Assembly (NCBI GenBank): GCA_043821615.1
Contig: JBDRCS010000057.1
Span: 1 to 39,967 of the forward strand
Reading direction: 5' to 3'
Length of the DNA: 39,967 nucleotides
From: Patescibacteria group bacterium
GTDB lineage: Bacteria > Patescibacteriota > Patescibacteriia > UBA9570 > JAHJKD01
Below, piece after piece: positions 17,656 to 23,943 of this stretch (its first letter is position 1; each line of letters begins with the position of its first letter). The notes beneath the pieces were generated by a model. That model was not told the DNA's origin and did no database searches. It saw only the letters and a program-made list of their open reading frames with translations. Position numbers and translations under genes: made by a program.

Positions 17656-18849
17656 ATGCCAGAACAGGAAAAAAAGAATCCGTTAGTAGAATTACCGGAA
17701 GAGACCGGAAATTTCTTAAAATTCTTAAAAAGAAATTTAGATTCACCACGTCGTCCCGAAGAAGAAAATTTAACACCCGAAGTTATAGGGGCTAAAAGAT
17801 TATTAGAATCTATGAGTTCTTTTGGCATGTTAAAAGAAGGGGGAATAGACAGAGAAAGATACGCTGAATTAGTTGGGCAAATTACTGAATTAGAGAAATC
17901 ATTACCAGGAGATTCTCCCAGCTTAGCCGTAAAAGAAATGGGCGTGGCTATGCGCGGTGGAGATGCTGAAAAATATGCTGTCTTGCAAGATGAGCTGGAT
18001 GCAATCGATCAAGTGTTGGAAGAAAAATTAGGCTTAACACCAAAAGAAACTCATGCAATGGTGGGACGTGAAGATTTTCAAGAACATGCTACTAATTTAG
18101 AAGGCGATAGAAGCAGGGCTATGAAAGAAAGGCTATTAAAAATTGAAGATCGGTTCGAACCACAAAGAAAAGGCTGGATAAAAAGAGAAGTTTTTGAAGC
18201 AGATTCAGGTTTCCCAGAACACATAGATAAAATGTTGGAGAGATTAAAAGAAGGCGTGCCTAACCGAGAAGAAATTAGACCTTTGCCAGAAAAAGGAACT
18301 TTTGAATACATGGAAGATAGCAACCCAAAAAATCCTGAGGCACCGGTGGTTTGCTATGAAAGACAAATGGTAAAAACAGATAGAGATATTGTGAGCCCAG
18401 ATTTTTCATCTTGTGCTGGAGTTGTCCTTTATAAATTAGACGATGCCGGTAAACCAACTCAGGAAACTTTATTTACTCATCTACCGCCAATGACCTTTGG
18501 TGATGGAAAGCCCTCAAATTTTGATTCTTATACGCCTGATTTTTTCAAGGAACAATTTGGGGTTGATAATTTAGATGGCTATGAAGCTAAGGTTTTTACG
18601 GGTTTGAATATTCCTCCAGATAAAATTACAGATACTATTTCCCAGATGGGAGGTAATGTAAAAACAGTTGAGCAATTACCCCGTGATATGTATACAGGAT
18701 TGATTGATGCCAAAACAAAATCTATTGCTCTAATGGGAAATCCGGAATCGCCTATCAAATTAGGTGATATGGAATTATCCTATAGAACTCAGGAAGGAAA
18801 AGTACCAATTTATTCTACAGAAAAGCAAGTACCGGCTTTTATAGAATAA
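17656..18849 (+). CDS. Hypothetical 397-aa protein wedged into the tRNA cluster
   Basis: The ATG lies 4 nt after tRNA-Arg. GAGG from the tRNA acceptor 3' strand sits 6 nt upstream. Host-like composition. The C-terminal half carries SSCAGVVLY...THLPP, a Cys/His pattern reminiscent of CheD-type deamidases (weak). Confidence 0.6.
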   Translation: MPEQEKKNPLVELPEETGNFLKFLKRNLDSPRRPEEENLTPEVIGAKRLLESMSSFGMLKEGGIDRERYAELVGQITELEKSLPGDSPSLAVKEMGVAMRGGDAEKYAVLQDELDAIDQVLEEKLGLTPKETHAMVGREDFQEHATNLEGDRSRAMKERLLKIEDRFEPQRKGWIKREVFEADSGFPEHIDKMLERLKEGVPNREEIRPLPEKGTFEYMEDSNPKNPEAPVVCYERQMVKTDRDIVSPDFSSCAGVVLYKLDDAGKPTQETLFTHLPPMTFGDGKPSNFDSYTPDFFKEQFGVDNLDGYEAKVFTGLNIPPDKITDTISQMGGNVKTVEQLPRDMYTGLIDAKTKSIALMGNPESPIKLGDMELSYRTQEGKVPIYSTEKQVPAFIE

Positions 18850-18855
18850 AAAGGC

Positions 18856-18883
18856 TAGACAAATATCAAATTGCTGGTATAAT
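18856..18883 (+). promoter_or_regulatory. Promoter TAGACA-16-TGgTATAAT for tRNA-Met/His
   Basis: TAGACA at 18856-18861 and TATAAT at 18878-18883 preceded by TGG, about 25 nt before tRNA-Met. Confidence 0.55.
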
Positions 18884-18907
18884 TGCAAAAGTGTATTTTA
18901 ACAATAT

Positions 18908-18981
18908 GGCAGGGTAGCTCAGTTGGTTAGAGCGCGGGACTCATAAGCCCGAGGTCGAGAGTTCGAATCTCTCCCCTGTCA
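18908..18981 (+). tRNA. tRNA with CAT anticodon (elongator Met or Ile2)
   Basis: Acceptor GGCAGGG/CCCTGTC (one G:U). D arm GCTC/GAGC. Anticodon loop CTCATAA. T arm GAGAG-TTCGAAT-CTCTC. The paired 1:72 position argues against an initiator. A31:G39 is mismatched. Confidence 0.85.
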
Positions 18982-18982
18982 C

Positions 18983-19101
18983 ATCTACTTCGCCCTCACT
19001 TGCGTTCGGGCTTCGAAGGATGTTCCCAAAAAGATAGATTAATATTCTACAAATGTGGGAACCTCCTACGAAGCTCTGTCGCTAGACAGAGCGTAGTACG
19101 A
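18983..19101 (+). repeat. tRNA-linked structured spacer element, copy B (between tRNA-Met and tRNA-His)
   Basis: See copy A. Stem CTTCG/CGAAG versus CTATG/CGTAG. Stem GTTCCCA/TGGGAAC versus CTATCT/AGATAG. Stem CTAC-GAA-GCTCTGTC/GACAGAGC-GTAG versus CTTC-GAA-GCTCTGAT/ATCAGAGC-GAAG. Confidence 0.7.
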
Positions 19102-19175
19102 GGTGGTAGTAGCTCAATTGGTAGAGCACTCGATTGTGGTTCGAGCGGTTGCCGGTTCAAGTCCGGTCTACCACC
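19102..19175 (+). tRNA. tRNA-His (anticodon GTG) with encoded G-1
   Basis: An extra 5' G pairs with discriminator C. Acceptor GTGGTAG/CTACCAC. Anticodon stem CTCGA/TCGAG with loop TTGTGGT. T arm GCCGG-TTCAAGT-CCGGT. Confidence 0.9.
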
Positions 19176-19186
19176 CAAAGTTAGAA

Positions 19187-19212
19187 ACACCTGGAATTTC
19201 CAGGTGTTTTTT
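19187..19212 (+). terminator. Rho-independent terminator after tRNA-His
   Basis: ACACCTGG AATTT CCAGGTGT TTTTT. Confidence 0.8.
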
Positions 19213-19220
19213 GATATAAT
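19212..19220 (+). promoter_or_regulatory. Extended -10 TGaTATAAT, 6 nt before ATG 19227 (leaderless candidate)
   Basis: TATAAT at 19215-19220 preceded by TGA. The ATG of the GNAT gene is at 19227. Confidence 0.45.
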
Positions 19221-19226
19221 TTTATT

Positions 19227-19655
19227 ATGATTACAATAAGCCATGCTAAATTAAAAGATATTAAGGCTTGTATTAAAATTGATAAAAGCCTTAAAGAGAA
19301 AATTAATCGCCAGTTTCTTAAAGAAGCAATATTATCTAACAGAGTATTTATTGCCAAAGAAAAAAATGAAATAGCAGGATACTTAATATTTAATATTTTA
19401 TGGGGAGAGATTCCTTTTATTGAATTTATTAAAATTACTCCAGCTTATCAACGACAACTGATAGGAACTAACTTGATAAAAAAAATTGAAAATAAATTTA
19501 AAAAATTAGGTTTTAAATTTCTCTATAGTTCAACTTCGAGAAAAAATAAAAAATCAATAACTTTTCATAAAGCAACTGGTTTTAAAAAATGTGGCGATGT
19601 AGAATTAGATAAAGAAAAGGAAATATTTTTCAAGAAAAAAATAAATAAACAATGA
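19227..19655 (+). CDS. GNAT family N-acetyltransferase
   Basis: 142 aa. Motif-A-like YQRQLIGTNLIKKIENKFKKLGF. Overlaps the next gene by 4 nt (ATGA). Confidence 0.7.
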   Translation: MITISHAKLKDIKACIKIDKSLKEKINRQFLKEAILSNRVFIAKEKNEIAGYLIFNILWGEIPFIEFIKITPAYQRQLIGTNLIKKIENKFKKLGFKFLYSSTSRKNKKSITFHKATGFKKCGDVELDKEKEIFFKKKINKQ

Positions 19656-20035
19656 AAGTCCATCATTTAGCAATATCGATAAAAGATTTGGAAAAATCAG
19701 TCTCTTTTTATGCTAAATATTTTGATTTCAAGGATATCCAAAGATTTACCAAGACAGAATGGGAAGGAGAGGCGGCGATTCTTGATTTATATGGATTCAA
19801 ACTGGAAATTTTCCAATTTCACAATGCGATTGATAAAAAAGATGATTTATCAAATCTTGAAGTGATTGGCTTGAAACATATCAGCATTGAGGTTGATGAT
19901 GTTGAGAGTAAATATATAGAATTAAAGGAAAAGGGAATTGATATTGATAAACCTGAAAAAGGAACTACATGTGCCTGGTTTTGTTTTCTACGAGACCCAG
20001 ATGGCATTCCTATTGAATTATATGAATCTAAATAA
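19652..20035 (+). CDS. VOC/glyoxalase I family protein
   Basis: 127 aa. HLAISIKDLEKSVSFY ... LKHISIEVDD ... FLRDPDGIPIELYE, the paired beta-alpha-beta-beta-beta pattern. Confidence 0.75.
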   Translation: MKVHHLAISIKDLEKSVSFYAKYFDFKDIQRFTKTEWEGEAAILDLYGFKLEIFQFHNAIDKKDDLSNLEVIGLKHISIEVDDVESKYIELKEKGIDIDKPEKGTTCAWFCFLRDPDGIPIELYESK

Positions 20036-20058
20036 AATAATTAATAATTATTGAAAAT

Positions 20059-20532
20059 ATGGTAGATGTTGAAAAATATTTACAATCCCACGATATAAAA
20101 TATGCACCTCATAAACATCCTGCTGTTTTTACCTGCGATGAAGCAGAAAAGCATTGCGCAGATGTTCCAGGAATTCCTGGTAAGAATTTATTTTTGAAAA
20201 ATAAAGGGGGTAAGAGATATTTTTTAGTTGTCCTTCCTGCTTCTAAACGAGCTGATTTAAAAAAAATTGCTAAAATAGTTGGTGAGAGTAAAGTCAGCTT
20301 TGCTAATAGTGAAGCCTTGAAAGAAAAATTAGACCTAGAACCTGGCTCTGTTTCTCCTTTTGGATTATTAAATGATGTTCAGCATGAAGTGGAAGTATAT
20401 ATTGATAAAGATATATATGATGCGAATATAGTAAATTTTCATCCCAAACGTAATACTGCTTCTTTGGAATTAACAGGCGAGATGTTTCGTAAATATTTAA
20501 AAACAATAGAAAATAAAGTTCAAATAATCTAA
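20059..20532 (+). CDS. YbaK/ProX-type aminoacyl-tRNA trans-editing domain protein
   Basis: 157 aa. KNLFLKNKGGKRYFLVVL ... GSVSPFGL motif typical of the YbaK/prolyl-tRNA-synthetase-associated domain. Confidence 0.75.
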   Translation: MVDVEKYLQSHDIKYAPHKHPAVFTCDEAEKHCADVPGIPGKNLFLKNKGGKRYFLVVLPASKRADLKKIAKIVGESKVSFANSEALKEKLDLEPGSVSPFGLLNDVQHEVEVYIDKDIYDANIVNFHPKRNTASLELTGEMFRKYLKTIENKVQII

Positions 20533-20777
20533 TTAAGATTTATTTAAAACTGACAAATAAGGACAATTTGTCTGAAAATTATTTTGAACAAATACCAATT
20601 CTTGCCTAACCTCTTCCCAATTGATAGTTCTGAACACATCCACTATGCGACCCAATTAAAAGATCCCCTTTGTGGGAATTTTTTAATTGCCAAATGAAGA
20701 AGCCCACCGAGATTGCAGTCGACGAGACTTCTTCGGTGGGCTTGTGGGCCTGCTCGGATGAGCATGGCGTCCTCCTT

Positions 20778-21233
20778 TCAGTTGTGGTTCTGTGGCCAGA
20801 CTTGCTGGTGGAAGCTTATTCCCAGTCCGATGACAGCCAGCACGCAACCAGCGACCGTCATGCCAGTGACGATAGGCCAGCCTTGATCGCCGTGCCAGAA
20901 CACCTGAGCTGTGTCTGTCTGAGTTGCCCAGATGATGATCATGGCCATGTAGACACCAACGCCTGAAAGCAGAGCCTTGGTCTTGCGGGGCCACCAGCAG
21001 CGAGAGAAGACCAAACGTTCCTGGTCGCTACTTCGCTTGCTGGCAAAAACAGCGTCCATCCACATGGCTGCACCGATCAGGACCATGGCCAGGCAGCACA
21101 GGGCGGAACAGTTGTCCTGGTCATGAACGATGAGGCCGTTTGCCAGGAAGACAGAGAAGATGAAGAACAGAATACCGATGGACCAGTAAGGCAGAGCTGC
21201 CCACTGGGCTTCGATACTACGCTGTTGTTTCAC
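20778..21233 (-). CDS. GC-rich-island membrane protein (about 151 aa, four hydrophobic segments)
   Basis: GC-rich third codon positions. GGAG lies 6 nt upstream of GTG 21233 (the track start TTG 21245 overlaps this SD). Four TM-like runs. No family recognised. Confidence 0.6.
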   Translation of the reverse strand: MKQQRSIEAQWAALPYWSIGILFFIFSVFLANGLIVHDQDNCSALCCLAMVLIGAAMWMDAVFASKRSSDQERLVFSRCWWPRKTKALLSGVGVYMAMIIIWATQTDTAQVFWHGDQGWPIVTGMTVAGCVLAVIGLGISFHQQVWPQNHN

Positions 21234-21340
21234 GATGTACTCCAATTGTTGAAACGGGTTAATTTTTGAACCACGGCATTTTATATTATATTAATAAGGT
21301 AAAAAGTCAAGTATGGAAGGGTCCCCTTAGTGGGTATTTT

Positions 21341-21349
21341 TGTTATACT
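21341..21349 (+). promoter_or_regulatory. Extended -10 TGtTATACT, 6 nt before ATG 21356 (leaderless candidate)
   Basis: TATACT at 21344-21349 preceded by TGT. ATG at 21356. Confidence 0.45.
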
Positions 21350-21355
21350 TAATTT

Positions 21356-21775
21356 ATGGAAATTAAAAAAGTCCCGGAATGGGAAAATAAAGCTAAGGAA
21401 TATTTTAATTCAGGATATAATTGTTCTGAAAGTGTTTTTAAAACAATTTTAGAATACAAAGGAGAGAACACTAATGAAAATTTAAATATGGCTACTGGTT
21501 TTGGAGGAGGCATGGGTAGGACGGGCTATACTTGCGGAGTAGTAACCGGAGCTGTACTGGCTTTAAATTATTTTTATGGACGAAAAGGACCAGAGGAAGA
21601 TAAACTGGCTTGTTACGAAAAAGTAAATTTATTTATTGAAGAATATAATAAAAAATTCGGTGGGATAAATTGCACTAAATATGGATATGGGAAAAACTCC
21701 GAGCAAGAAGATTTTGATTGTGATGAATATGTAGGTTATGCTGTTAAAATTACCATTAATATTATTGAAAAATAA
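21356..21775 (+). CDS. C_GCAxxG_C_C family protein
   Basis: GYNCSESV ... GFGGGMGRTGYTCGVVTGA ... CTKY ... FDCDEY, the Cys pattern of the family. Confidence 0.8.
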   Translation: MEIKKVPEWENKAKEYFNSGYNCSESVFKTILEYKGENTNENLNMATGFGGGMGRTGYTCGVVTGAVLALNYFYGRKGPEEDKLACYEKVNLFIEEYNKKFGGINCTKYGYGKNSEQEDFDCDEYVGYAVKITINIIEK

Positions 21776-21793
21776 ATTCAATTTTTCTACAAT

Positions 21794-21821
21794 AAAAAAA
21801 TCCCTTAGCAGGGACTTTTTT
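21794..21821. terminator. Bidirectional terminator between convergent genes
   Basis: AAAAAAA TCCCT TAGC AGGGA CTTTTTT. Confidence 0.65.
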
Positions 21822-22425
21822 ATTTTTGAGATTTATATTCCTTACGCCACGAGCCTGGCTCTATTTCATCATAATGCTTTGATTGAAAAAATTCCTTGAA
21901 GGTTCTATCCCAATCCTCTTGACTCATGCCAGCATTAGATTCGGGATAATCTTCTGAACGCATAACTTCATGAATAACTGTGGCATTTTCTTGATTAGCA
22001 ATATCTTGGATAAAACGCAATAATCTCTGATAAATTTCTAAGCCAACACCTTTGAGATTTTCAGCTTGCTTTCCTTCACGGCGAGGCCCAGTGCGGCCAA
22101 TGCCTGTGCCCACATCAATTTCATTTTGAGCTGGTAAATAATCTAGCTCCATATAGGCCTGGGCCAATGGTTGATTTTCATGCCGCACATAAAATCTAAA
22201 TATTGTATGTTGGGGTTGTTTTTTTACGGTAGCAATAAATTCAATCTTCTCTCCATTATAATCAATGTTCTGCCGGGCAATTTCCTGATAATCAACGCCT
22301 GGTTCAAACTGTTCTTCCATGCCCTCTTGCCAATCCAAACCTTTCAAATCAAAAGTTTTTAATTCATTAATATTTTGATTCAGTTCTGGCGAAACTCTTT
22401 CTGGCATTTGTTTATTTTTATGCAT
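21820..22425 (-). CDS. Hypothetical protein (201 aa)
   Basis: Host-like composition. The segment GVGLEIYQRLLRFIQ faintly resembles an acetyltransferase motif A. No firm call. Confidence 0.5.
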   Translation of the reverse strand: MHKNKQMPERVSPELNQNINELKTFDLKGLDWQEGMEEQFEPGVDYQEIARQNIDYNGEKIEFIATVKKQPQHTIFRFYVRHENQPLAQAYMELDYLPAQNEIDVGTGIGRTGPRREGKQAENLKGVGLEIYQRLLRFIQDIANQENATVIHEVMRSEDYPESNAGMSQEDWDRTFKEFFQSKHYDEIEPGSWRKEYKSQK

Positions 22426-22683
22426 TTATTTTAATCTAATACATTGATTAAAGCAATTACTCTTAGCTATGGAGAGTAAACCCATTTTATGATATAAAAA
22501 TAAAAACGAAACTTTTTTTTGACAAAATTCTGGACAATAAAGAATTTGATAAATTATGTGGAAAAATTGCATCTGGAAATGCATCACAGGAGGAAATAAA
22601 AAAGGCGTTTGAATCAATGAATGAGGACATTGATAATTTTGGAAAAAAAGTAAAAGATCAACTGGAGGACTTAAACAAATAAA

Positions 22684-23931
22684 ATGACTGAAAAATTATT
22701 TCAACCCAGACCGGCCAACCAAGATGCTTCACGAAATAGAACTACTAATACAGAACAGGAAGCAACTGAGCAAGATATTGAAGCTTTAAGGCAATGTGTG
22801 GCAGAACTAAAAGAAACAGGGAATAAATTTGATAACGCTTTATGTCAATATCAAGAACTTTTACGTGCTCAAGAAAATATTGAGCTCACAATAGAACAAT
22901 TAGAACAGGCCGGGGCAAATGAACAAGAAGTTACTCGATTAAAAGCGAAAGCAACAAAATTGATGTGGGCTTCAATGAGATATCTCACTTCTGGAGCCAT
23001 GATAGGCACAGCTGCAGGTGCCACAACCTATACCTTTACAAAGGATCCTGGTTTGACTGCTTTAGTGGGAGCCGGCGGAGCTTTAGCCGGAGCAGTAATT
23101 GAAAACAAATTAAGAACGGCAGAAATAAAAGCAGATCGTTCTAAGCAATATTATAGAGGACATCCAGAGACTAAAGCTTTTATGGAAAAGAAAGACAGAG
23201 AAGCAGAAGCTCAAGCTAATGAAACCGAAAGATTAAATGAGGCTTATAAAAATATCCAAGCAAGGATAGCTGAGATTGAAACGGAGATAGATGATTTAGG
23301 AAGATCGGGATTTGCATCTTTAGAATTGACCCGAGAAGAGGAAATGCCACAAGCTGACAATAAAGAAGCAATCAAAGCAATAGCAGAAAAGCTTCAACAA
23401 CTTTCTATGGAATTTGATCAACTTTTAGTTGAATATTTCACTCTTACCAAAGTAGTAGAGGAGGCTGAACAAAATTTTCAAAATCAAAAACTATATCATG
23501 ATTTTAGAAATCTCCAAGTTACTGTAAATGTTTTAAGCAGAAAAGCTTTTGAATTGGCACGAAGATTCAACATGACTTTTGCAGTAGGTGGAATGCTTGG
23601 AATAGGGGCAGGCATGTTGGCTGCCATCAAAGGCTATGACCCAGTTTCAGCTGGAGTAGCGGGCGCTTCAGCAGGCGCTGCCTTTAATGAATTCTTTTTT
23701 GAGAGATGGGAAAGAAATATTGTTTATAATAATGTACCAAAACATACTCTTGATCACAGATACAGAACAGCAATGGATTTAGAGCTACAAAGATTTAAAG
23801 ATCCTCAATTGCAAATGGATAAAGAATTAATGGAACAAGCCAGAATTAATAGAGATAGCCTTCTAGAAGAACAAGCAAGATTAAATGATGAACTTGAGGA
23901 ATTTGTGAGAAGATATCCAATGAAAAAATAA
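22684..23931 (+). CDS. Coiled-coil protein with two glycine-zipper hydrophobic hairpins (internally duplicated)
   Basis: Two copies of [long heptad-like helix + Gly/Ala-rich hairpin]: SGAMIGTAAGATTYTFTKDPGLTALVGAGGALAGAVI and FAVGGMLGIGAGMLAAIKGYDPVSAGVAGASAGAAF. Confidence 0.65.
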   Translation: MTEKLFQPRPANQDASRNRTTNTEQEATEQDIEALRQCVAELKETGNKFDNALCQYQELLRAQENIELTIEQLEQAGANEQEVTRLKAKATKLMWASMRYLTSGAMIGTAAGATTYTFTKDPGLTALVGAGGALAGAVIENKLRTAEIKADRSKQYYRGHPETKAFMEKKDREAEAQANETERLNEAYKNIQARIAEIETEIDDLGRSGFASLELTREEEMPQADNKEAIKAIAEKLQQLSMEFDQLLVEYFTLTKVVEEAEQNFQNQKLYHDFRNLQVTVNVLSRKAFELARRFNMTFAVGGMLGIGAGMLAAIKGYDPVSAGVAGASAGAAFNEFFFERWERNIVYNNVPKHTLDHRYRTAMDLELQRFKDPQLQMDKELMEQARINRDSLLEEQARLNDELEEFVRRYPMKK

Positions 23932-23943
23932 CTAAAAATAAAT

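Noticed and set aside
17592-19244. ORFs 17592..17828(-), 19000..19230(+), 19047..19244(-)
   Set aside because: They overlap tRNA-Arg or tRNA-His and the structured spacer, and have no coding features.
20643-20994. ORFs 20670..20966(+), 20683..20994(-), and a 40-aa ORF I found at 20643..20765(-) with GGAGG 5 nt upstream
   Set aside because: The first two are shadow ORFs overlapping the membrane-protein gene. The 40-aa ORF has a good SD, but its body is the long terminator-like hairpin (20701-20743) and runs into AT-rich flank, so the evidence is insufficient.
22426-22617. ORF 22426..22617(-), 63 aa
   Set aside because: Its hydrophobic, AT-biased translation has no start context and lies in a divergent promoter region. 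The opposite strand carries the more protein-like frame that I discuss as a finding.
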